Below are positions 6,779 to 15,272 of a stretch of DNA of 22,976 bases, one piece after another (position 1 is the first letter of the stretch; the number at the start of each line of letters is the position of its first letter). This DNA comes from Pseudomonadota bacterium (GTDB lineage Bacteria > Bdellovibrionota_B > Oligoflexia > Oligoflexales > RGVZ01), in the NCBI GenBank assembly GCA_041178085.1, contig JBEGVZ010000126.1:1-22976 (forward strand). The letters run 5' to 3'. Under the pieces are notes generated by a model that worked only from the letters and a program-made list of their open reading frames with translations, did not search any database and was not told the origin of the DNA. The position numbers were made by a program, and so were the translations under genes.

Positions 6779-9700
6779 TCAGGTAACTTCCCGGACTGTC
6801 ATGGTGCGCGTGTAAAGAAGACATGCAGTGATTTTCGCCTGAGGCCAGGTTCCCTTGAGGAATTCCATGTAGGAACGAACCTGCGCCTCATGGGCTTTGC
6901 GGCTTGATTCGTCCGCGTCCCCATTCAGGGAAGTCTTGTAATCGACGACCAGAATTTGCGTCGGAGCGCGTTGGCCAACAACGTCTTCCACTCCGTCGTC
7001 CATGACAAGATCCATGGTTCCCTGATGCAACGTTGCATCTGCTCCGAGCATCGCAACAGGCACCTCAGTCCTTTTGCGCGGCAGCTTGTTCAGGAGGTTT
7101 GTCCAGACGGGCGAAGACACAACCTCACGCGCGTGAGCGATGGCTTCGGCCAACGCCTTTTGAGCATCGGCACGTCCCGCCACAATCATCGACTTGCTGC
7201 ATATCCGTGCCCAGACCCGCTGGGCGTCAAAGGTTTCGATCCGACCGTATTGCACATGATGCTCCAGGGTTGCGTGGACAAAGGTGCCAAAGGCCGCCGC
7301 CAAAACAGATGACATGCGCGAAGAACCCTCCAGGGGCGCTGAAACTGCGGGGGTTTCCTGCTCGTCCAGGGCGGCCGCAGCAAAACGGCTTGCGACCAGG
7401 GTCTTGACCCCAGAGGCCAGCAAAGGAGCGTTCTTTACTTTTCCAGCGTCAGGGCGCGGGGCGTGTTTCTCCTGTTCAGGCTCCTCCACAGCCGCGAGCG
7501 TACCTCGCTTGTCTCCACCTGGGATTGAACGTGAGATGCGTGCGACTTTTGTTTCGAGCCGCGCAGGAATGTCCAGGTCTGGTTGCGATGCCAGTGGTGA
7601 ATGTACGACGTAGTTCAGATCGACTGTCTGGAGTTCCGACGTTTCATGCAATGCAGAAGTCAGTTTCTCATGAGTCAGCAGCGGCAACCCTTCAAGGAGG
7701 GGTGCAAGTTGCTTCGCAGTTTCCCGCGCCTGGCCAGACAGGACCAGATACTGCCTGGCTCTAGTCAGGGCGACGTACCACAGTCGGTTGGCTTCAGCGA
7801 CTTCACTGGCAACGGCCTCCCTCATCCACCGGTTAAAACGGGGGTCATCGCCTGGACGGTCATCTGTGTTGCCGAGCCAAATGAGGCCTTTGGCATCTGC
7901 GGATGTCGATTTCATCCAGCCGGCGGGATGGTCGACCCAGCAGGCAGCCGAATCAACGATTGCGACCAAGGGAAATTCGAGACCTTTTGATTTGTGTATT
8001 GTCATCAAGCGCACGGCATTGACGTCGTTGGCGTCTCTTCCTGATCCAATATGAAGTTTCTCGATTGCAGACATCTGGGCCAGGGAAGCGACCACGCCAT
8101 GCAGGCCCTGACCCGAATTTGATTCCAGGTCTTCGATCAGATCAAACAAGGCTTCGATATGCTGCTTGACGACGAACCATTCCACATCGGACATCCCACC
8201 CTGCTTGACTGTCACCAGGTAGCTGGATTCCTCCAGGCAAGCACGCAGCAGGCTCGAAGGGCGCATTCGGGCGGCGTGATCCAGGTGGCGTAGCAACCAT
8301 TCCAGCCCCGTGATGGCGGGTGCTGAGGATAATCCGCCAGCGATAAGGTTTGCCACCTGCTCGTCTGTCATCGCGGCAAAAGGGCTCTTGAGCACTGCGA
8401 TCAGGGAGTGAATGTCATCCGGGCGCGCGAAGAACGCCGCAAGGTTCATCACGTCCCGGACTTCCTGTTGGGCAAGCAGGCCCCTTGACTCCTCGCGCAT
8501 CACAGGTATGTCGAGCTTTTGCAGGGCCCGCTCCATGGCCACCATGCGGTGGTTGGTGCGAAAAAGGATGGCGCAATCAGCAGCGCGCAGCGGGCGGAAG
8601 GCTTTTCTTGTTTTGTCGTAAACAGGGTGTGGGATCTCGCCAGAAATCGCGCGTTGCAACCAGGCTGCCAGCATCGAAGACTCCACGACGGAGGCATCCG
8701 GCGTCGATAGCCCAGGAACAAGGTTTTCATCCACCACGGACAGGAGCGTCACGGCTGCTGCATCGGGGTTGACGGCTTTTCCATCGATCATGGCAGGTGC
8801 ATGTTCTGGAAACCCTTCAATGATGCCGTCGAAAGCCCTGTTAACATAATCAAGAACTGTTTTGCTGGTGCGAAAGCTCGTGTTCAGGGGGGAGCATTTT
8901 ACGCCGTAGTGTGCGAGTTCTACGGCGGCCTGTTGCATCACTTCAGGATCGCTGCTGCGGAATGCGTAGATGCTCTGTTTTTCGTCGCCCACCAGGAACA
9001 CTGTTCCGGGCACGGGTTCAGTGGCTGCCGACAAGATCTCCACTGCAAGTTCCCGGAAGATCGCCCATTGCGACCAGCTTGTGTCCTGGAACTCATCAAA
9101 CATCAAGTGGCGGATCCGGTGTTGCAGAAGGTAACGCGCGCCGGCGGCGTATGGATCACTGAAGATGCGCGTGCTTCCAGTGAGCAAGTCGTCAAAACTG
9201 AGAATACCCTTGTTTCTTTTGCTGGCTGCGAGGATATCCCGGAAGCGAAGGTAAAGCCGCGCGGCGCCGGCGCCTCGTTCAAGCAATCCGGCAATGCGCA
9301 GATTATCGCGATGCCTGGCCAGTGCATCCTCAATCCGGCCTTTTTCAGCGACAACCGGGGCAATGGTCTTCTCGCGGAACGTATTGCCGTTGAGCTTGAA
9401 TTCGGCGCTGATGAACCGGGCTGAGCGCATTCCTTCAAGATCCCGGGCAATGGCGAGGGCTTGCAATTCATCGCGGCGCTCTGGCTTCAGCACACTGGCC
9501 AGAGTGGTCCAGTCAGACGCAAGGGCGGAGAAAAGTTCACTCTCCAGAGTTGATTGGTCCTGTGCAGCCGGGTTCCATAACCATTCAGGGCATGTGCCCT
9601 TTTCCTGCGCAGCGTTGTCATGTCCAGCGGACAGGTAGAGCCAGAGGATGTTCCGGAAGCGATCCAGATCCCGCGCGCAGGAGAGGGTTGTGACCGGGTT

Positions 9701-10288
9701 TGAATCATCGGAGGAGGTGTCCAGGACCGTATGGGCTTCTGTCAACGATTCCAGGTTCGCAGCCTGCCACGCGGCCTCTTCGATTTCCCTTGTTTCGACC
9801 TCGCTTGCCAGCCGCAAACCCGACTGCATCAATCCATCGCCAGCAAGTCCGGTTTCGGCTGGGAATTTTGCTACCCAGTCGTGGAAGATGCTGTCGATCG
9901 TGGCAATCCGTAGCGCCTGGCTTTGGTTGATGACACGACGTCCGGTTTCGATTGCTGACAGTGGGGTAGCTAAAGAGAAACCGGCGCGTTCTTCGGCGTC
10001 ACTGCGGCCGTGCTGGTAAAACGCATGCATTTCCTGCTCAAATGAGGCGGCATCTTTTCCTCCACCTAGCAAACGCGCGGCATCCGTCAGAATTCGTTCC
10101 CGCATTTCCGCGGCTGCTTTCCGCGTGAACGTCACGGTAAGGATCGTAGCCGGGTCCTCACCGGCGGAGACCAGACACAGGAAGCGCCGCGCCAGCTGGA
10201 AAGTCTTGCCACATCCCGCAGATGCCGTGACGACAAAACTGCCATAAGGATTGCGCGGATTGCTGTCGTTGTGTTCCTTGTCGCTCAT
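6779..10288 (-). CDS. addA: AddA-type UvrD/SF1A helicase with C-terminal RecB-family nuclease
   Basis: Walker A ASAGCGKT, TFTRKAAAEMRERI, TIDS, DEFQDT, VGDEKQSIYAFR, SFRTS, MTIHKSKGLEFP, RLWYVALTRA. Nuclease motifs GTMDLV..VDYKT..QVRSY. ATG 10288 is chosen because the longer ORF overlaps addB. Confidence 0.92.
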   Translation of the reverse strand: MSDKEHNDSNPRNPYGSFVVTASAGCGKTFQLARRFLCLVSAGEDPATILTVTFTRKAAAEMRERILTDAARLLGGGKDAASFEQEMHAFYQHGRSDAEERAGFSLATPLSAIETGRRVINQSQALRIATIDSIFHDWVAKFPAETGLAGDGLMQSGLRLASEVETREIEEAAWQAANLESLTEAHTVLDTSSDDSNPVTTLSCARDLDRFRNILWLYLSAGHDNAAQEKGTCPEWLWNPAAQDQSTLESELFSALASDWTTLASVLKPERRDELQALAIARDLEGMRSARFISAEFKLNGNTFREKTIAPVVAEKGRIEDALARHRDNLRIAGLLERGAGAARLYLRFRDILAASKRNKGILSFDDLLTGSTRIFSDPYAAGARYLLQHRIRHLMFDEFQDTSWSQWAIFRELAVEILSAATEPVPGTVFLVGDEKQSIYAFRSSDPEVMQQAAVELAHYGVKCSPLNTSFRTSKTVLDYVNRAFDGIIEGFPEHAPAMIDGKAVNPDAAAVTLLSVVDENLVPGLSTPDASVVESSMLAAWLQRAISGEIPHPVYDKTRKAFRPLRAADCAILFRTNHRMVAMERALQKLDIPVMREESRGLLAQQEVRDVMNLAAFFARPDDIHSLIAVLKSPFAAMTDEQVANLIAGGLSSAPAITGLEWLLRHLDHAARMRPSSLLRACLEESSYLVTVKQGGMSDVEWFVVKQHIEALFDLIEDLESNSGQGLHGVVASLAQMSAIEKLHIGSGRDANDVNAVRLMTIHKSKGLEFPLVAIVDSAACWVDHPAGWMKSTSADAKGLIWLGNTDDRPGDDPRFNRWMREAVASEVAEANRLWYVALTRARQYLVLSGQARETAKQLAPLLEGLPLLTHEKLTSALHETSELQTVDLNYVVHSPLASQPDLDIPARLETKVARISRSIPGGDKRGTLAAVEEPEQEKHAPRPDAGKVKNAPLLASGVKTLVASRFAAAALDEQETPAVSAPLEGSSRMSSVLAAAFGTFVHATLEHHVQYGRIETFDAQRVWARICSKSMIVAGRADAQKALAEAIAHAREVVSSPVWTNLLNKLPRKRTEVPVAMLGADATLHQGTMDLVMDDGVEDVVGQRAPTQILVVDYKTSLNGDADESSRKAHEAQVRSYMEFLKGTWPQAKITACLLYTRTMTVREVT

Positions 10289-10310
10289 TGTTTCCGCGAA
10301 TGCTCCTGCG

Positions 10311-13300
10311 TCATGACTTGAGTTTGCGCGCCAGCGCTTTTGAACGGGCGTGATTGGAAAACCATTCCCCAGCTGACGGATCATCGCGACGGCAGATGTC
10401 CGCATGTTCACAGTAGCCACAATCACTGTGGTCGGGCGGGAACACGCCCGTCTCTTTGATGATTTCCTCGCGCCAGGCCTTCAAATCTGCTGTGTTGCCA
10501 ATCGATACTTGCGGAGCCTTGGGTTTCTGCGATGCCCCCATCAGGCCTGCGCTGATCGCGAATTTTTTGGCGGCTTCCCCGGCGAAAGCCAGAGTCCAGC
10601 GCCCTTCCAGGATGGACCAGTAGCCGGCGATGCACGAGTCCAGAGGCAAGCCACTGAGTTTTGCCGCTACGGCGGCGTAAACAGGCAACTGGGGGCGAGT
10701 ACCCGACGACACTGCGCCCGGTTTTGATACGCTCATGGTCTTGTAATCGACGACAAGCCATGCGCCTCCCAGGTGTTCAAAGCGGTCGATCTTGCCCGTG
10801 AAGGGACCCGTCAGGGTTCCTCTTTCACCCGTTGCCGGATCCACCGTGGCCGCTTCTTCCAGCACGAGGTCAAAGTCCCATTCGCTTTTCGCGCTCACCG
10901 GTTTGAATCCCGCTGCCTGCGCCCAGCGCCGCGCAGAAAACTCGGCAAGGCGGGGCCAAGACCAGACGCGCAGGTGTGCCAGAAGGTCAGAATCCCGCAG
11001 CTCTGGTGGTGGAGCTGATTCGGAGGCAGCCACGAGCCTGCGAACAAGGCTGGCGGCCACATTTGCGAGATCGGCGCTGTAAATGATCGGCCCAGGCCCC
11101 TCCCAGTCTGTTGAAAAAGCCAGATCGATACACTCGTGGAGCCAGTTTCCGCGGCGCAACTGTGCAAAGTCGTCATAATTTTCTGCAGGACGGACCCTTT
11201 GGCTATCGAGCGCAAACCTGAATGGACACGCGATCAATGATTCAAGGCGCGATGCCGATTGACGGTTCAGGATGATTTGAGAGGCAGCCTGGCTGGTCAG
11301 GATTTTGCCGGAATAGCGAGCTGACGTCGGCACCTGCCCAGGTTCAGGAGCTGGGATGGCTGGTTCAGGGTGCACATGTTCGATGGTCACTCCGTCGAGC
11401 GTGGCGGCAAGTTCAATATAGCGGGACGGGACGAGCGGTTGATCACCCGCAGAAGCAGCTGCCGTCATGACAAGCTTTGCCACGCGCGACTTCAGCAGCA
11501 GAAATGTCGTGTCTTCCATCGCCTCGAGATCCTCCCAGACGGGCAGGCCAAGGCGACGTAGCAGGTATTGGTCGAGCAAGCGGTCTTTAGGCAGCGATCG
11601 CGGGAACACGCCTTCATTGCAACCGACCACGACCGCCGTCTGAAACGGGATATGGCGAGCTTCAGCGAGGGTCAGGATCTGGATGCCCAGCAGGGGCTCG
11701 CCGGTCTGGCGAATTGTTGCAGCCGTCATCTCGCGCATCGCAATCTGGATCGTGGTATGTGCATCGATCTTTTCGCGACCCTGCAGGATCGCGCATACGT
11801 TACGGGTTTCGAAAATGCAGCGTTCGAGGGCCTCCAGGATCTGACGGTCCTCTCCGCGCGCGTCACGCCGGACGTCGGCGGAAAATTGGCTGAACTGCCA
11901 GGGGCGTTTGCTGGCCGCTGCTACCGCGCGGGCAAATAGCGCCCCGAGCAGATCCAGAGTTGTCAGCGCACCGGAGGAAAGCATGGCCCTCTTCGCATTG
12001 GCCACCCAGCCCCATGTTTGCAAGGCAACCTCCGCGACTGGCGGGTGTTCCTTGCCATGCTTCCTGATGGTTTTTTCCATCCGTCCGAGTGTTGGTGTGG
12101 CGGCTGCCGCAAGCCCAAGCAGTTGTTGCGAGCGGGATCTTGTGGTGTCATCGGCTGGCAGGTGACTGGAACTGTCACTTGCGAGGTAGCTTGTCAGTGG
12201 ATTTGCCAGAAGGGCGAGCAGGGTCTGGCGATGCTCACGGGCAAAAACACCGTCCTGATTCCCTGGTAAGTCCAGGAAGGCGAGCCATTGCAGCGCCCAC
12301 GCGCCAGCGGTTGTCTGGGCAAGGGGCAGCGCTGCAGCCAAGTTCGGTGCCTTACCACCCTGGAACGAACCGCGGGCAATTCGCGCCTCAATCGCCGCGC
12401 GGAATCTTGGTTCGTAAGCTCGTTCGTCGGGAAGCAGGATCGCGACGTCAGGTCGTTGGTTGGGAGAACGGGTGGCACAATCCAAGGCGATGTCCAGGGC
12501 CAGTTCGACTTCCGTAGCACGGTCCGGCGCAATGATCGCGCGCATCTCTGTGACGGCAGCGGCAGGGGCGGCAATCCTGCCCGGGCTGTTGCCTTCTGGC
12601 GCGTGGCCATTGAGTGCCGATGCCAGGCGCGCAAGAGGACTTTGGTTGGTGGCGGAACGCCCTTCACCACCTGTCTGCGGCGGACGGGTGAGAATCACGG
12701 CCACATCCTTGCGAGCGGCAAGAGCCTTGAGCATGGGGACCTGGGAGGGGACCATGCTGGTAAATCCGGCCAACACGAGATTTTGCCATGGCATCTCTAC
12801 ACCAGTTGTTGCTGATTTTTCCGCGATTTGCCGGGAGAGGTCGGCGCGATAATTTTCCTGCGTGACCAGACCGGCTGCAGCCAGGGTCGTCTCCAGGCAG
12901 GAAAACAGGTTGGTGACCGATTTGATCCTCTCCATCAATGCACAGACATGTTCTTCTGAGCGGTAGATTTCCTGGCGAAGGATCTGGATAGCAGAACGGT
13001 CGAGCTCCTGACTGGTGACGTTGTTGTCGGTCAACACGCCAGCAAGATGAGCCAGTTCATGGGCATGACTGCGGTCAAGGTGGCGGTATTTTCCGCTGCC
13101 AAGCATGGCAAACAGAATCGATTCCACGGATCCCGTTGGCTGCCGTTCAAGTTGCAGGTCAAGTGGTTCCACAAGTGCATCGACGAACTGGTCAAGGGTC
13201 AGCATTCGTGGCGCAAGCATGGCTTGGCGGCTTTTCGGACCAAGCATGCTGGCTGTTATCCAGGTTGCCAGGCGACGCGTCGGCAGGACCACCCACGTTG

Positions 13301-13394
13301 ACGACAGATCTCTGGATTGGGCGGGCAGGAATTCCGTCGCCAGCAACGATACCAGGCATGCGCCCGGGTCAATAAAGTATGTTCCGTGTTTCAT
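10311..13394 (-). CDS. addB: AddB-type inactive helicase-like subunit with PD-(D/E)XK nuclease and Fe-S staple
   Basis: N-terminal VVLPTRR, degenerate helicase motifs (VVVGCNEGVFP, PSRYI), SASRLESLIACPFRF, GKIDRF..VVDYKT, PQLPVY and CGYCEHADIC (four Cys ligands in total). Lies directly upstream of addA with a 22-nt gap. Confidence 0.88.
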   Translation of the reverse strand: MKHGTYFIDPGACLVSLLATEFLPAQSRDLSSTWVVLPTRRLATWITASMLGPKSRQAMLAPRMLTLDQFVDALVEPLDLQLERQPTGSVESILFAMLGSGKYRHLDRSHAHELAHLAGVLTDNNVTSQELDRSAIQILRQEIYRSEEHVCALMERIKSVTNLFSCLETTLAAAGLVTQENYRADLSRQIAEKSATTGVEMPWQNLVLAGFTSMVPSQVPMLKALAARKDVAVILTRPPQTGGEGRSATNQSPLARLASALNGHAPEGNSPGRIAAPAAAVTEMRAIIAPDRATEVELALDIALDCATRSPNQRPDVAILLPDERAYEPRFRAAIEARIARGSFQGGKAPNLAAALPLAQTTAGAWALQWLAFLDLPGNQDGVFAREHRQTLLALLANPLTSYLASDSSSHLPADDTTRSRSQQLLGLAAAATPTLGRMEKTIRKHGKEHPPVAEVALQTWGWVANAKRAMLSSGALTTLDLLGALFARAVAAASKRPWQFSQFSADVRRDARGEDRQILEALERCIFETRNVCAILQGREKIDAHTTIQIAMREMTAATIRQTGEPLLGIQILTLAEARHIPFQTAVVVGCNEGVFPRSLPKDRLLDQYLLRRLGLPVWEDLEAMEDTTFLLLKSRVAKLVMTAAASAGDQPLVPSRYIELAATLDGVTIEHVHPEPAIPAPEPGQVPTSARYSGKILTSQAASQIILNRQSASRLESLIACPFRFALDSQRVRPAENYDDFAQLRRGNWLHECIDLAFSTDWEGPGPIIYSADLANVAASLVRRLVAASESAPPPELRDSDLLAHLRVWSWPRLAEFSARRWAQAAGFKPVSAKSEWDFDLVLEEAATVDPATGERGTLTGPFTGKIDRFEHLGGAWLVVDYKTMSVSKPGAVSSGTRPQLPVYAAVAAKLSGLPLDSCIAGYWSILEGRWTLAFAGEAAKKFAISAGLMGASQKPKAPQVSIGNTADLKAWREEIIKETGVFPPDHSDCGYCEHADICRRDDPSAGEWFSNHARSKALARKLKS

Positions 13395-13405
13395 CAGGGG
13401 TTCAA

Positions 13406-14467
13406 CTAGAACCCGGAGACCAGTGATGCGTCAATAGCGTAGGTGAAGTTTACGTTCTGGCCGTTAGTACCAGCCGACACGACCCCGATCACACGCCCGT
13501 CGAGGTCCATCAACGGAGATCCGCTGCTTCCTCGATCCGTATCATTGGTCGTGGAGAAGTCCAGCTGGGTCCTGAGGCACTCGTTATCGGTTGCCTGGCA
13601 GCTTGAGAGGGTGTTGCTGTTGACCCGTCCCAGATCCGTGTAGAGCTCTGTGAATCCCAGCGGGAAACCCATGGTCATCACCCACGACAGGGTCTTTGCG
13701 GTTTCGGTAAAGGGACTGGTCGCAACGGGCAAAACAGGTGCATCAGGAATCTCACCGACAGCAGGGCTTTCGCTTGATGCGGGAGCCTGAACCTTGGCCA
13801 GGTCTCTGGACGGGTGTTCTTTGATCCACTCTTTGATTGCTATACCTGAAACCATTAAAACCGGCGGCGGCAATTCCCCGTTGGAGGAGCTGGTGACGAT
13901 GCTATCCCTTTCATCTGCAACGCGATGGATCAACAGTCGATCAGGACTGAAGCTTTCCGGGCACGACAGCACATGCCGGTTGGTGCAAAGTGTTTTTGAC
14001 GCGCACATGAAGGCGGTTCCCTGGGAAGTGGAGGCGTTTTCACCGTTCTTGCAGGTCAGGGAAATTCTCATCACACTTGCACGGTACTTGCCGTAAAGGG
14101 CAAAGGCCTTCTGGTAGGTCTCTTCTGCATTTGGAGGGGCAGCAGGGGGTGGCTGCGAAGGCTGTGGTCCGATGACAACGACAGACCATTCCCCGTCTGT
14201 CCGGTCTTTTTCGCACATCCGGAAACCCTTTTCTGCGACGACATAGACGATCCGATTGGCTTGATTCTGGTCGCAAGGTGGCAGAGCACTCTGATCCGGG
14301 ACGCTCATTCCCAGAAACACTTTGGCATCCTGCCCGTTTTGGCCTTCATCTGAGCTTTTTCCAGGACGCGCGCATGCTTGCAGGGCAAGCTGCAGACTGG
14401 CAACCAGAGTCATCATCAATGTACCGGAAATAACCCGCATCTTGATGGCATTCGGTTGGAATACCAT
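13406..14467 (-). CDS. Trypsin-like (S1, Trypsin_2) serine protease lipoprotein
   Basis: Catalytic triad TNRHVL (His), RDLAKV (Asp), RGSSGSP (Ser), plus MGFPLG and GRVIGVVSAG. Lipobox LQA-C, an N-terminal two-Cys module and a Pro-rich linker. Confidence 0.85.
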   Translation of the reverse strand: MVFQPNAIKMRVISGTLMMTLVASLQLALQACARPGKSSDEGQNGQDAKVFLGMSVPDQSALPPCDQNQANRIVYVVAEKGFRMCEKDRTDGEWSVVVIGPQPSQPPPAAPPNAEETYQKAFALYGKYRASVMRISLTCKNGENASTSQGTAFMCASKTLCTNRHVLSCPESFSPDRLLIHRVADERDSIVTSSSNGELPPPVLMVSGIAIKEWIKEHPSRDLAKVQAPASSESPAVGEIPDAPVLPVATSPFTETAKTLSWVMTMGFPLGFTELYTDLGRVNSNTLSSCQATDNECLRTQLDFSTTNDTDRGSSGSPLMDLDGRVIGVVSAGTNGQNVNFTYAIDASLVSGF

Positions 14468-14555
14468 GATCCTTTAGGGGAAAGTGAAATTAACTCACCA
14501 TAACCATCTTTTCTTTTAAAATTCTTCTTGCCTAACCACCGGCGCAAGCGCCAAC

Positions 14556-15272
14556 ATGCAACACATGGAAAACGTTACAAAAATAACACCCCAAGAACTG
14601 GCCGCGCACTTCGATCACACCCTTCTGAAACCGGAAGCTACGACAGCACAGATCGAGCTGTTGTGCCAAGAAGCACGGGAACTCGGCTGCGCCACTGTGT
14701 GTGTGAATCCCTCGATGCTGGCCCTGGCCGCAAGCGCCCTTGAGTCCAGTCAGGTACTTCCCATCACCGTCGTTGGGTTTCCTCTCGGAGCCGTACCCGC
14801 CAGTTGGAAGGTAGAGGAAACAAAGCGTGCAATCGACATGGGCGCCCGGGAAGTGGACATGGTCATCAACATCGGTCGTTTCCTTGCAGGTGCAGGTTCG
14901 TCCTCAGCCCTTGCCGAAGAAGTCGGACGGGTCTGTGAAGTGGCGCGCGATGCAGGAGTGCCTGTCAAGGTCATCATCGAAACAGCCTTGTTATCGCCGG
15001 AGCACATCAAGGAAGCGGCGCGCATCTGTGCGAATGCTGGAGCCGATTTCGTCAAGACATCGACTGGTTTTGCGGCGCGCGGAGCATCACTTGATGATAT
15101 CGCGCTCATGGCGGCAGGAATCAAGGAATCCCGCAATCCTGGTGCTAGAATCAAAGCGTCGGGAGGAATCAAAACCCTTGACCAGGCGTTGGCCATGATT
15201 CGCGCCGGAGCCCATCGCATCGGAAGTTCGAACACCGTTTCAATCGTCAAGGAACTCACGGGTAGGAAATGA
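14556..15272 (+). CDS. deoC: Deoxyribose-phosphate aldolase
   Basis: DHTLLKP, TVVGFPLG, GAREVDMVINIG, KVIIET, ADFVKTSTGF (Schiff-base Lys), IKASGGI, RIGSS. The start could be ATG 14565. Confidence 0.97.
   Translation: MQHMENVTKITPQELAAHFDHTLLKPEATTAQIELLCQEARELGCATVCVNPSMLALAASALESSQVLPITVVGFPLGAVPASWKVEETKRAIDMGAREVDMVINIGRFLAGAGSSSALAEEVGRVCEVARDAGVPVKVIIETALLSPEHIKEAARICANAGADFVKTSTGFAARGASLDDIALMAAGIKESRNPGARIKASGGIKTLDQALAMIRAGAHRIGSSNTVSIVKELTGRK

Noticed and set aside
10289..10426. 46-aa N-terminal extension of AddA in the ORF track
   Set aside because: Overlaps the Fe-S-cluster-coding 3' end of addB in another frame. ATG 10288 gives a normal N-terminus just before Walker A.
6779..13394. 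Helicase plus Cas4-like Fe-S nuclease as a possible anti-phage or CRISPR-associated system
   Set aside because: Size, gene order and motifs match housekeeping AddAB. No array, cas genes or defence-island context in the window.
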